The notes beneath the pieces are model-generated. The model had not been told where the DNA came from, searched no databases, and saw only the letters and a list, made by a program, of their open reading frames with translations. This document shows, in pieces, positions 1 through 11,827 of a stretch of DNA of 64,000 nt. How positions within the stretch are numbered: position 1 is the first letter of the stretch; each line of letters begins with the position of its first letter. This stretch comes from Basidiobolus meristosporus CBS 931.73 (Eukaryota; Fungi; Basidiobolomycota), in the NCBI GenBank assembly GCA_002104905.1, contig MCFE01000320.1, positions 31,521 through 95,520 of the forward strand. The letters are read 5' to 3'. Position numbers and translations under genes: made by a program.

Positions 1-13
1 TATCAAGGACAAA

Positions 14-3000
14 TTGCTAATTCAATGCTCAAGAGCAAAAACGGCAAAGAATGCCTGGAAGGCATTCAAAGACACCTACCAGTCATGTTCAGCTGCCAAG
101 AAAATGTATCTGAGAAGAAAATTCTTTACTACAAAGATGCTGCCAGGAGAAGAAATGAAAAATCTAATTAACAGAATTACCCTGCTGGTAGATGAGATGG
201 AATCTGTGGGCGTACCAACTACTGATGAGGATGTGATAGTTACCATCCTGAATAGCCTGACAGACAAGTTTCAGGGCCTTGTATCAGCCCTAGAGTCCAG
301 AACTGAAGATTTGACCTTAAATTACGTATATGGAAGGCTCCTGGATGAGGAATTAAGAAAATCAAGCGCCAATAAGAAGGAAGAAGAAAATGCTTTAATA
401 AGCAATGATAACCAACAAAGGAGGAACCCAAGACCCTACAAAGGCAACAGCAATCTATTTTGCAACTACTGCAAAAGGAAAGGACACACATCAGACCGGT
501 GTTTCAAAAAGAGAGATTATCAGCAAAAGAAGCCTGAATATGGAAATGCTGCAACAACTGAAGATAGACTATTCATATCTGCACTAAATATGACCACAAA
601 CAAGGATTCTCAGACGTGGTATATTGACTCTGGAGCTTCTTAACACTTTACACACCAAAAAGAACTTTTTACCCAATATGAAGAAATTCCAATTAAGAAG
701 GTTTTCATGGGTGACAATAGAACACTTGATGCAGTGGGAGTAGGAACTATCCAAGTAAACCTTAGAAGCAGTGAAGGAAGCCATACACTGACCTTTAAAG
801 AAGTACTCTATGTACCAGAAATAGCCAAGAACCTACTCTCTGTAAGCAAGGCCACAGCAGAAGGACTCAGTTTCAATTTTGACAATTCTGGATGCAGGAT
901 CACTGATCAAAATGGTGCTCATATTGCTTCGGGCATCAGAGATCAGAATCTATACAAGTTGACTTATATTCCATCATATCTGGAAGCCAATATAAGTAAC
1001 TTAAATGAAGAAACACCAATGCTTTGGCACAGGAGATTTGGGCACATCAATTTTGATTATTTGCGCAAAATGATCAAAGATCAGCTAATTTCTGGAGTAA
1101 AAATTGATCCCCCAGCTAATTTGGAGCACTGTGAAGCCTGCATATATGGGAAACAAGCCAGACAACCGTTCAAGAGCTCTGGGTTAATCAAAACTAAGAA
1201 AAAATTAGATCTAATTCACTCAGATCTGTGTGGACCTATGCAAAATTTATCCTTAGGCGGGATGAAGTATTTAATCACTTTTATTGATGATTATACAAGA
1301 TACACATGGGTCTACTTCATGGAGAGAAAGGAAGAAGCTCTGTCTAAGTTCAGGGAGTTTACAGCCATGGTGGAGAGAGAAACTGGTGAAAAAATCAAGA
1401 AAATACGCTCTGACAATGGTGGAGAATATACCTCAAAACTCTTCATCCACTTCTGCAAAATTCATGGGATAATGCAAGAGACTACTGTACCATACTCCCC
1501 ACAGCAAAATGGAGTGGCAGAACAAGCTAACAGATCAATAATTGATATGGCAAGATCTATGATCCATGATCAAAAATTATCCTATGATTTTTGGGCGGAA
1601 TCAGTTGCCACTGCTGTATATCTTAAAAATAGGAGTTATAACAGAATACTTTGTGATTCTACTCCATTTGCAGCATGGTATGGGTACAGACTAAGTGCAG
1701 AACATCTAAGAATATTTGGGTGTACAGCATATGCCAAAAAACTGGCCGGAAATCAGTCAAAATTTGAGCCAAAAAGTGTAAAATGCATATTTTTGGGCTA
1801 CTGCAATGAGAGTAAGGCATACAGACTCTACAATACCAAAGCAAAGAAGCTGATCAAGTCCAGGGATGTGTTGTTTAATGAAAATTCAAAATTTTCACAA
1901 AAAATGACATCAGATGATGACAAAAATTTGATCTCATGTCCACCAATTGTCAGGATTGAATCAGAGCAAAACAATGAAAATTTTTTCACTCCAGAGGACT
2001 CTACAACCGTGGTTCAGCCAGAATCAGTGCCCAGGAATATCCCAGAAGTGATCATTCCAGTATCAAATGCCTGGAGATCAAATCGGACAAGAAATAGCCC
2101 AAATTACTATATTAATGAGGGTACAAACTTAGCCTATGCCTATTCAGTCCATATTGATGAACCTCAGACTGTAAAAGAGGCCCTAAATAGCCCTCAGACA
2201 AAGTTTTGGAGATCTGCAATGACTGAGGAATATCAGGCCCTGATGGAAAATCAAACTTGGGACTTAGTCAAATTACCAATCAACTGAAAATCAATTGGAT
2301 GCAGATGGGTCTTCAAGACAAAGTACAAGGCTGAAGGTACAATTGAAAGATACAAAGCAAGACTTGTAGCCAAAGGATACTCTCAAACAAAAGGACTTGA
2401 CTATACTGAGACCTTTGCACCGGTAGCCAAGTTTAATTCCATCAGATTAATATTGGCTATTGCAGCCAAATATAAGTTTTTTATTCATCAAATGGATGTA
2501 AAAACTGCATTTTTGAATGGAGAACTTGATGAGGACGTGTATATGGACCAGCCTGATGGGTTTGCTGACCAAGATAACCCCCATTTGGTCTGCAAGCTTA
2601 AAAAGTCACTATATGGTCTCAAACAATCACCAAGAGCCTGGAATTGCAAGATAGATTCTTATTTGGAATCTTTGAGTTTCAAAAGGAGTAATGCTGACTA
2701 TAGTATATACTATAAGCCAGATAGAGCAAATCCAGTTCTATTAGCTCTATATGTGGATGATCTTATTATAGCCACCAATAACCTAGAAACATTAGAAGAG
2801 ACTAAATCCAGCCTATCTAAGGAGTTCAAGATGTCCAATCTAGGAGAACTCAGTTACTACTTAGGGATTAAGTTCTCCATAGACAGAAGTACCCAGACTA
2901 TTACCCTAAGCCAATCCAAGTATATTCAAGATATACTAAAGAAGTACAAAATGGAAGACTGTAAACCGGCAGCTACCCCAATGGAGACAAACCTTAACTT

Positions 3001-3730
3001 GGTCAAAACTCAACCAAATCAAGAGAGCTTGGTGCCATCTGAAAGCCCTGACTTTCCTTATCAATCTATGGTTGGCAGTCTGATGTATATCATGCTTGGA
3101 ACACGTCCAGATATCTCATATTCAGTGGGAGTTGTCAGCCAACATTATCAGAATTATGGATCTGATCATATTGCAGCAGTTAAGCGGATTTTTAGATACC
3201 TAAAAGGAACTGCTGATATCTGTTTAAGATACACTTATAAGGATTCAGAACAGGATCTTGTGGGATACTCTGATGCTGATTGGGGACAAAATTTAGAAGA
3301 CAGAAGATCCACCACAGGATACACCTTTCTTTACTGTCAAGGAGCAATTTCATGGAATTCAAGAAAGCAACCAACCGTAGCACTTTCTACTACAGAGGCA
3401 GAGTATATGGCAGCCTGTGAAGCTACAAAAGAAGCAATGTGGTTAAGAAAGCTCTTTACAGATTTAGGCTTATGTCAAAAAACGCCTATTACTTTATTTC
3501 AAGATAATCAAGGATGTATACAATTAGGTAGAAATCCAACTTTTCATGCTAGAACCAAGCACATAGATATTAGACATCATTTCATACATGAAGCTATAGA
3601 GAGTAACTTAGTTAGCTTAGTTTACTGTCCTACAGATGAAATGATTGCAGACATATTTACCAAACCATTAGCTAGAGACAAGTTTGAATATCATAGGTCA
3701 AAATTAGGACTAGTCAGTATGAGCATTTAG
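14..3730 (+). pseudogene. Copia gag-pol with two nonsense mutations
   Basis: TAA at 641-643 (CAA in copy 2) and TGA at 2285-2287 (CGA at 10371 in copy 2) split an otherwise single reading frame. Confidence 0.93.
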
Positions 3731-3741
3731 CTAAGTGGGAG

Positions 3742-4090
3742 TGTTGTAAGAATTTGTATTTCCAGCTAAATATTCACCTAACTTAGTCACTTAGATCATT
3801 ACCTTCAAATCTCAGAAAATACTGACCAAATTCCTTGTCGGGATTTACTTAGAATATTTTCACCAAAATACCAGGTACCCAGAACATGAAAATTCTCAAA
3901 GTTGTCCAAACAGCCCCAAACTTTGCACACATGTTCTTGGGACCTTCCTTAACCTATTCTATGTGTTTGTAATGCCATGTCCATGTAAAAGTATAAATAC
4001 TACTTTTACATTCAATAAATCATTAAGTGAAAACCACATAATCTACTTGTTCTCCCAATCACTTCCAATATCTCCAAGACTCTTACAACA
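3742..4090 (+). repeat. A-type LTR (3' LTR of copy 1), 349 bp
   Basis: Starts TGTTGTAAG right after the PPT AAGTGGGAG and ends CTTACAACA. Contains TATAAATA and AATAAA. Confidence 0.92.
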
Positions 4091-4520
4091 GCTTAGTCAC
4101 TTAGATCATTACCTTCAAATCCTAGAGAATACTGACCAAAATCCTTGTTGGGATTTACTTAGAAGATTTCTGCAAAAATATCAGGTACCCAGAACATAAA
4201 GATTTGATAAGTTGTCCAAACAGTCCCAAACTTTGCACACATACTGTTAGGACCTTCCTAAACATATTCTATGTGCTTGTTATGCCAAGACCATGTAAAA
4301 GTATAAATACTACTTTTACATTCAATAAATCATGAAGTGAAAACCACATACTATACTTGTTATGCCAAACACTTCCAGTATCTCCAAGACTCTTACAACA
4401 TATCTTGTCAAGTCCATGTGAAAGTATAAATACTACTTTTACATTCAATAAAGCACTTAGTGAAAGTCACATGATCTATTCGTTCTCTCAATCATTTCCA
4501 ATATCTCCCAATCTCCCACA
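4091..4520 (+). repeat. B-type LTR, 5'-interrupted by copy 1, with a duplicated TATA/poly(A) module
   Basis: Matches 14375-14840. The diagnostic block AGAAGATTTCTGCAAAAATATCAGG differs from A-type LTRs. A second GTATAAATACTAC...AATAAA block follows the first CAACA end. Confidence 0.8.
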
Positions 4521-5890
4521 ACCAGACTACCAGCTGTTGTAAAAGTTTGTAATTCGACCTACATATTCACCTAACTTAGTCACTTAGGTCATTATATTCA
4601 AATCCTAGAGAATACTGACCTAATTTTTTTATTGGGATTTACTTAGAATATTTTCACCAAAATACCAGGTACCAAAAACAAGAAAATTCTCAAAGTTGTC
4701 CAAACAGCCCCAAACTTGCACACATGTTCTTGGGACCTTCCTTAACCTATTCTATGTGTTTGTAATGCCATGTCCATGTAAAAGTATAAATACTACTTTT
4801 ACATTCAATAAATCATTAAGTGAAAACCACATAATCTACTTGTTCTCCCAATCACTTCCAATATCTCCAAAACTCTTACAAAAGGTTATGAGCCCCAAGC
4901 TGTCACTCTATGCAATATCTACTACTGCTATAACTGGAATTTTTCCCTCTGCTGAAAAGTTGGATGGATTTAACTACCAAGTGTGGAAGGTGAAGATGAA
5001 GATGCTGCTACAAGAAAGAGGCCTTTGGGATCTTGTCATGGGAGAAGAATGCCATCCTAAAAATGTGGGAGAGGAAGCCTTAAAGTACCAGAAGAAAGAA
5101 CAATCTACCTTTAACTGCATTTGCCTTGATGTTGAGGACAAATTGCTAATTCAATGCTTAAGAGCAAAAATGGCAAAGAATGCCTGGAAGGCATTAGAAG
5201 ACACCTACCAGTCATGTTCAGCTGCTAAGAAAATGTATCTGAGATAAAAATTCTTTACTACAAGGATGCTGCCAGGAGTAGAAATGAAAAATCTAATTAG
5301 CAGAATTACCCTGCTGGCAGATGAAATGGAATCTGTGGGCATACCAACTTCTGATGAGGATGTGATAGTTACCAACCTCAGTAGCCTGACCAACAAGTTT
5401 TTGGGCCTTGTATCAGCCCAAGAGTCCAGAACTGAAGATTGGACCTTAAATTACGTATATGGAAGGCTCCTGGATGAAGATTTAAGAAAATCAAGCACCA
5501 ATAAAAAGGAAGAAGAAAATGCTTTAATAAGTAATGATAACCAACAAAGGAGGTACCCTACAAAGGCAACAGAACCTGTTTTGTAACTACTGCAGAAGGG
5601 AAGGACACACATGCAACCAATGCTTCAAAAAGAAAGACAGTCCGCAGAAATAGCCTCAATATGGAAATGCTGCAACAACTGAAGATAGACTATACATATC
5701 TGCACTGAATATGACCACAAACAAGGATTCTCACACATGGTATATTGACTCTGGAGCATCTCAACACTTTACACACCAAAAAGAACTTTTTACCCAATAT
5801 CAAGAAATTCCAATTAAGAAGGTTTTCATGGGTGACAATAGAACACTTGATGCAGTGAGAGAAGGAACTCTTCAAGTAAACCTAAGATGC

Positions 5891-6705
5891 TGTGGTGGTG
5901 TAGAGGTACTCCTGGGAGAAGCTACACAACTCAAGGTGTGTGAGGTGTCTGATGGGTGCAATAACCTCTGTGTCTAAACTGCTGGTGTCTTTGTCAATAT
6001 GTCACTATGTCACTATGGTAAAAGCTCCTGCTTCTCTAGCTTCCTAGGTGCGCCAAGTGTCTCCAAAGGCCTCTGTGTGTCTTGTGCACTACCATGAAAA
6101 GCTCCTTGATGGCAGGTCTGAGATGTACTGTTGAAGGCAGGCGCAGTGATCAACTGCTAATCAATAAGGTAGAAGTGTTACTGATAGAAGGGATGATTTA
6201 TTGATGAGGGATTGCTTTCCCTTAAATACTTTTCCTGATTTCCAAGTGATTACTAATGACAAGGTTCTAGAAGATTCTAGGCATCAGTGGAATTCTTGAT
6301 GACATCACTATGAGCTAAAAGTATGCCAAGAATGTCCTGGAAGGTTCTAAAGGGCGCAGCACATCCAACCAATCAGGAATCAGTAGGCTGAAACCTGTGC
6401 AACATAAAAATACCATATATGGTATTGAAATGGTAGGGATGGTAACACAGACCTAGGTTATGTGTCACGGGTACTGATGCGGGTACTTGCCTTATGTAGA
6501 TACATATAATGATCACAAAGCTGAATAACATCTGGGATAACTAATGCTAATAACTAATCAGTGTAAACATCATATAGGGATAATACTGATAATATGGGCA
6601 AAAGAAGAATGGGATAATACTGATAAGATAAAATATGGATAAGTATATCATAATGACTATATGAATAAACTTGTCTGTGCGAGGTATGTTTACCCTACCT
6701 CAACA
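5891..6705 (-). mobile_element. Probable solo LTR of an unrelated (possibly Ty3/Gypsy) family inserted in the protease region
   Basis: Interrupts a collinear Copia sequence. Ends TGTAGAGGTA (5899) and TACCTCAACA (6705) form an imperfect inverted pair. TATTTAAG and CAATAAA occur on the minus strand. No clean TSD. Confidence 0.6.
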
Positions 6706-7840
6706 CACTGAAGGAGGCCATACACTGACCTTTAAAGAAGTACTCTATGTACCAGAAATAGCCAAGAACCTACTATCTGTAAGCAAGGCCACAGCAGAAG
6801 GACTCAGTGTCAGCTTTGACAATTCTGGATGCAAGATCACTGATCAAAATGGTGCCCATATTGCTTTGGGTATCAGAGATCAGAATCTATACAAGTGGAC
6901 TTATATTCAATCATATTTGGACGCCAATATAAGTAACTTAAATGAAGAAACACCAATGCTTTGGCACAGGAGATCTTGACACATCAATTTTGATTATTTG
7001 TGCAAAATGATCAAAGATCAGCTAATATCTGGAGTAAAAATGGATCCTCCAGCTAATTTGGAGCACTGTGTAGCCTGCATATATGGGAAACAAGCCAGAC
7101 AATTGTTCAAGAGCACTGGGATAATCAAAACTAAGAAAAAATTAGATCTAATTTGCTCAGATCTGTGTGGACATCCGCAACATTTATCCCTAGGCTGGAT
7201 GAAGTTTTAATCACCTTTATTGACAATTATACTGGATATTCCTAGGTCTGCTTCCTGGAGAGATAGGAAGAAGCTCTGTCTAAGTTCAAGGAGCTTAGAG
7301 CCATGGTGGAGAGAGAAAGTGGTAAAAGAATCAAGAAAATACACTCTGAAATGGTGGAGAATAAACCTCAAACTCTTCATCTACTTCTGCAAAATTCATG
7401 GGATAAAGCAAGAGACTACTGCACCATACTCCCCCCCCAGCCAAATGGAGTGGTAGAATGTGCAAACAGAACAATAGTGGATGTGGCAAGTGTTGTAAAA
7501 ATTCGTATTTTCCACCTAAATATTCACCTAACTTAGTCACTTAGATCATCACCTTCAAATCCTAGAGAATACTGACCAAATTCCTTGTCGGGATTTACTT
7601 AGAATATTTTCACCAAAATACCAGGTACCCAGAACATGAAAATTCTCAAAGTTGTCCAAACAGCCCCAAACTTTGCACACATGTTCTTGGGACCTTCCTT
7701 AACCTATTCTACGTGTTTGTAATGCCAAGACCATGTAAAAGTATAAATACTACTTTTACATTCAATAAATCATTAAGTGAAAACCACATAATCTACTTGT
7801 TCTCCAAATCACTTCCAATATCTCCAAGACTCTTACAACA

Positions 7841-7852
7841 GGTTATGAGCCC
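7841..7852 (+). promoter_or_regulatory. Primer-binding site complementary to the anticodon arm of initiator tRNA-Met (half-tRNA priming)
   Basis: GGTTATGAGCCC is the reverse complement of GGGCTCATAACC. It lies directly after the LTR, and the same PBS occurs at 4884. Confidence 0.9.
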
Positions 7853-8699
7853 CGAGCTGTCACTCTCTGCAATGTCTACTACTGCTATTACTGGAATTTT
7901 TCCCTCTGCTGAAAAGTTGGATGGATCTAACTACCAAGTGTGGAAGGTGAAGATGAAGATGCTGCTACAAGAAAGAGGCCTTTGGGATATTGTCATGGGA
8001 GAAGAATGCCCTCCTAAAAACGTGGGAGAGGAAGCCTTAAAGTACCAGAAGAAAGAACAAAGTGCCTTTAACTGCATTTGCCTTAATGTCAAGGACAAAT
8101 TGCTAATTCAATGCTCAAGAGCAAAAACGGCAAAGAATGCCTGGAAGGCATTAGAAGACACCTACCAGTCATGTTCAGCTGCCAAGAAAATGTATCTGAG
8201 AAGAAAATTCTTTACTACAAAGATGCTGCCAGGAGAAGAAATGAAAAATCTAATTAACAGAATTACCCTGCTGGTAGATGAGATGGAATCTGTGGGCGTA
8301 CCAACTACTGATGAGGATGTGATAGTTACCATCCTGAATAGCCTGACAGACAAGTTTCAGGGCCTTGTATCAGCCCTAGAGTCCAGAACTGAAGATTTGA
8401 CCTTAAATTACGTATATGGAAGGCTCCTGGATGAAGAATTAAGAAAATCAAGCGCCAATAAGAAGGAAGAAGAAAATGCTTTAATAAGCAATGATAACCA
8501 ACAAAGGAGGTACCCAAGACCCTACAAAGGCAACAGCAACCTATTTTGCAACTACTGCAAAAGGAAAGGACACACATCAGACCGGTGTTTCAAAAAGAGA
8601 GATTATCAGCAAAAGAAGCCTGAATATGGAAATGCTGCAACAACTGAAGATAGACTATTCATATCTGCACTAAATATGACCACAAACAAGGATTCTTAG
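7845..8699 (+). CDS. gag: Copia Gag (DUF4219-like N-terminus, UBN2-like capsid, CCHC knuckle), ending at TAG 8697-8699
   Basis: AEKLDGSNYQVWKVKMKMLLQERGLWDIV and CNYCKRKGHTSDRC. The start is uncertain (ATG 7845 or 7872). Confidence 0.85.
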   Translation: MSPELSLSAMSTTAITGIFPSAEKLDGSNYQVWKVKMKMLLQERGLWDIVMGEECPPKNVGEEALKYQKKEQSAFNCICLNVKDKLLIQCSRAKTAKNAWKALEDTYQSCSAAKKMYLRRKFFTTKMLPGEEMKNLINRITLLVDEMESVGVPTTDEDVIVTILNSLTDKFQGLVSALESRTEDLTLNYVYGRLLDEELRKSSANKKEEENALISNDNQQRRYPRPYKGNSNLFCNYCKRKGHTSDRCFKKRDYQQKKPEYGNAATTEDRLFISALNMTTNKDS

Positions 8700-11600
8700 A
8701 CGTGGTATATTGACTCTGGAGCTTCTCAACACTTTACACACCAAAAAGAACTTTTTACCCAATATCAAGAAATTCCAATTAAGAAGGTTTTCATGGGTGA
8801 CGATAGAACACTTGATGCAGTGGGAGAAGGAACTATCCAAGTAAACCTTAGAAGCAGTGAAGGAAGCCATACACTGACCTTTAAAGAAGTACTCTATGTA
8901 CCAGAAATAGCCAAGAACCTACTCTCTGTAAGCAAGGCCCCAGCAGAAGGACTCAGTTTCAGCTTTAACAATTCTGGATGCAGGATCACTGATCAAAATG
9001 GTGCTCATATTGCTTCGGGCATCAGAGATCAGAACCTATACAAGTTGACTTATATTCCATCATATCTGGAAGCCAATATAAGTAACTTAAATGAAGAAAC
9101 ACCAATGCTTTGGCACAGGAGATTTGGACACATCAATTTTGATTATTTGCGCAAAATGATCAAAGATCAGCTAATTTCTGGAGTAAAAATTGATCCCCCA
9201 GCTAATTTGGAGCACTGTGAAGCCTGCATATATGGGAAACAAGCCAGACAACCGTTCAAGAGCTCTGGGTTAATCAAAACTAAGAAAAAATTAGATCTAA
9301 TTCACTCAGATCTGTGTGGACCTATGCAAAATTTATCCTTAGGCGGGATGAAGTATTTAATCACTTTTATTGATGATTATACAAGATACACATGGGTCTA
9401 CTTCATGGAGAGAAAGGAAGAAGCTCTGTCTAAGCTCAGGGAGTTTAAAGCTATGGTGGAGAGAGAAACTGGTGAAAAAATCAAGAAAATACGCTCTGAC
9501 AATGGTGGAGAATATACCTCAAAACTCTTCATCCACTTCTGCAAAATTCATGGGATAAAGCAAGAGACTACTGTACCATACTCCCCACAGCAAAATGGAG
9601 TAGCAGAACGAGCTAACAGATCAATAATTGATATGGCAAGATCTATGATCCATGATCAAAAATTATCCTATGATTTTTGGGCGGAATCAGTTGCCACTGC
9701 TGTATACCTTAAAAATAGGAGTTATAACAGAATACTTCGTGATTCTACTCCATTTGAAGCATGGTATGGATACAGACCAAGTGCAGAACATCTAAGAATA
9801 TTTGGGTGCACAGCATATGCCAAAAAACTGGCCGGAAATCAGTCAAAATTTGAGCCAAAAAGTGTAAAATGCATATTTTTGGGCTACTGCAATGAGAGTA
9901 AGGCATACAGACTCTACAATACCAAAGCAAAGAAGCTTATCAAGTCCAGGGATGTGTTGTTTGATGAAAATTCAAAATTTTCACAAAAAATGACATCAGA
10001 TGATAACGAAAATTTGATCTCAAGTCCACCAATTGTCAGGATTGAATCAGAGCAAAACAATGAAAATTTTTTCACTCCAGAGGACTCTACAACCGTGGTT
10101 CAGCCAGAATCAGTGCCCAGGAATATCCCAGAAGTGATCATTCCAGTATCAAATGCCCGGAGATCCAATCGGACAAGAAATAGCCCAAATTACTATATCA
10201 ATGAGGGTACAAACTTAGCCTATGCCTATTCAGTCCATGTTGATGAACCCCAGACTGTAAAAGAGGCCCTAAATAGCCCTCAGACAAAGTTTTGGAGATC
10301 TGCAATGACTGAGGAATATCAGGCACTGATGGAAAATCAAACTTGGGACTTGGTCAAATTACCAATCAACCGAAAATCAATTGGATGCAGATGGGTCTTC
10401 AAGACAAAATACAAGGCTGATGGTACAATTGAAAGATACAAAGCAAGACTTGTAGCCAAAGGATACTCTCAAACAAAAGGACTTGACTATACTGAGACCT
10501 TTGCACCGGTAGCCAAGTTTAATTCCATCAGATTAATATTGGCTATTGCAGCCAAATATAAGTTTTTTATTCATCAAATGGATGTAAAAACTGCATTTTT
10601 GAATGGAGAACTTGATGAGGACGTGTATATGGACCAGCCTGATGGGTTTGTTGACCAAGATAACCCCCATTTGGTCTGCAAGCTTAAAAAGTCACTATAT
10701 GGTCTCAAACAATCACCAAGAGCCTGGAATTGCAAGATAGATTCTTATTTGGAATCTTTGAGTTTCAAAAGGAGTAATGCTGACTATAGTATATACTATA
10801 AGCCAGATAGAGCAAATCCAGTTCTATTAGCTCTATATGTGGATGATCTTATTATAGCCGCCAATAACCTAGAAACATTGGAAGAGACTAAATCCAGCCT
10901 ATCTAAGGAGTTCAAGATGTCCGATCTAGGAGAACTTAGTTACTACTTAGGGATTAAGTTCTCCATAGACAGAAGTACCCAGACTATTACCCTAAGCCAA
11001 TCCAAGTATATTCAAGATATACTAAAGAAGTACAAAATGGAAGACTGTAAACCGGCAGCTACCCCAATGGAGACAAACCTTAACTTGGTCAAAACTCAAC
11101 CAAATCAAGAGAGCTTGGTGCCATCTGAAAGCCCTGACTTTCCTTATCAATCTATGGTCGGCAGTCTGATGTATATCATGCTTGGAACACGTCCAGATAT
11201 CTCATATTCAGTGGGAGTTGTCAGCCAACATAATCAGAGCTATGGATCTGATCATATTGCAGCAGTTAAGCGGATTTTTAGATACCTAAAAGGAACTGCT
11301 GATATCTGCCTAAGATACACTTATAAGGACTCAGAACAAGATCTTGTGGGATACTCTGATGCAGATTGGGGACGAAATTTAGAAGACAGAAGATCCACCA
11401 CAGGATACACCTTTCTTTACTGTCAAGGAGCAATTTCATGGAATTCAAGAAAGCAACCAACCGTAGCACTTTCTACTACAGAGGCAGAGTATATGGCAGC
11501 CTGTGAAGCTACAAAAGAAGCAATGTGGTTAAGAAAGCTCTTTACAGATTTAGGCTTATGTCAAAAAACGCCTATTACTTTATTTCAAGATAATCAAGGA

Positions 11601-11816
11601 TGTATACAATTAGGTAGAAATCCAACTTTTCATGCTAGAACCAAGCACATAGATATTAGACATCATTTCATACGTGAAGCTATAGAGAACAACTTAGTTA
11701 GCTTAGTTTACTGTCCTACAGATGAAATGATTGCAGACATATTTACCAAACCATTAGTTAGAGACAAGTTTGAATATCTTAGGTCAAAATTGGGACTAGT
11801 TAGTATGAACATTTAG
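8700..11816 (+). CDS. pol: Copia Pol (protease, integrase, SH3, RT, RNase H), in frame with gag after one TAG
   Basis: WYIDSGAS, WHRRFGH...CEAC, HSDLCGP/FIDD/RSDNGGEY/QNGVAER, KCIFLGY, LYVDD, YSDADW/TEAEY/DNQG. Confidence 0.93.
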   Translation, partial: TWYIDSGASQHFTHQKELFTQYQEIPIKKVFMGDDRTLDAVGEGTIQVNLRSSEGSHTLTFKEVLYVPEIAKNLLSVSKAPAEGLSFSFNNSGCRITDQNGAHIASGIRDQNLYKLTYIPSYLEANISNLNEETPMLWHRRFGHINFDYLRKMIKDQLISGVKIDPPANLEHCEACIYGKQARQPFKSSGLIKTKKKLDLIHSDLCGPMQNLSLGGMKYLITFIDDYTRYTWVYFMERKEEALSKLREFKAMVERETGEKIKKIRSDNGGEYTSKLFIHFCKIHGIKQETTVPYSPQQNGVAERANRSIIDMARSMIHDQKLSYDFWAESVATAVYLKNRSYNRILRDSTPFEAWYGYRPSAEHLRIFGCTAYAKKLAGNQSKFEPKSVKCIFLGYCNESKAYRLYNTKAKKLIKSRDVLFDENSKFSQKMTSDDNENLISSPPIVRIESEQNNENFFTPEDSTTVVQPESVPRNIPEVIIPVSNARRSNRTRNSPNYYINEGTNLAYAYSVHVDEPQTVKEALNSPQTKFWRSAMTEEYQALMENQTWDLVKLPINRKSIGCRWVFKTKYKADGTIERYKARLVAKGYSQTKGLDYTETFAPVAKFNSIRLILAIAAKYKFFIHQMDVKTAFLNGELDEDVYMDQPDGFVDQDNPHLVCKLKKSLYGLKQSPRAWNCKIDSYLESLSFKRSNADYSIYYKPDRANPVLLALYVDDLIIAANNLETLEETKSSLSKEFKMSDLGELSYYLGIKFSIDRSTQTITLSQSKYIQDILKKYKMEDCKPAATPMETNLNLVKTQPNQESLVPSESPDFPYQSMVGSLMYIMLGTRPDISYSVGVVSQHNQSYGSDHIAAVKRIFRYLKGTADICLRYTYKDSEQDLVGYSDADWGRNLEDRRSTTGYTFLYCQGAISWNSRKQPTVALSTTEAEYMAACEATKEAMWLRKLFTDLGLCQKTPITLFQDNQGCIQLGRNPTFHARTKHIDIRHHFIREAIENNLVSLVYCPTDEMIADIFTKPLVRDKFEYLRSKLGLVSMNI

Positions 11817-11818
11817 CT

Positions 11819-11827
11819 GAGTGGGAG
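11819..11827 (+). promoter_or_regulatory. Polypurine tract
   Basis: GAGTGGGAG immediately before the 3' LTR. Confidence 0.85.

Larger units (their letters stand above)
1..4090 (+). mobile_element. Ty1/Copia LTR retrotransposon copy 1 (5' part lies outside the window; inactivated)
   Basis: Gag (UBN2-like, zinc knuckle CNYCKRKGHTSDRC), PR (DSGAS), IN, RT (YVDD) and RNase H in Copia order. The PPT is followed by a 3' LTR at 3742-4090 (TGTTG...CAACA). Confidence 0.97.

Noticed and set aside
7713-7844. LTR-encoded N-terminal extension of Gag, open in several LTR copies
   Set aside because: The upstream GTG/ATG (7713/7722) precedes the LTR TATA box (about 7742), so it is unlikely to be transcribed. 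The openness reflects LTR identity.
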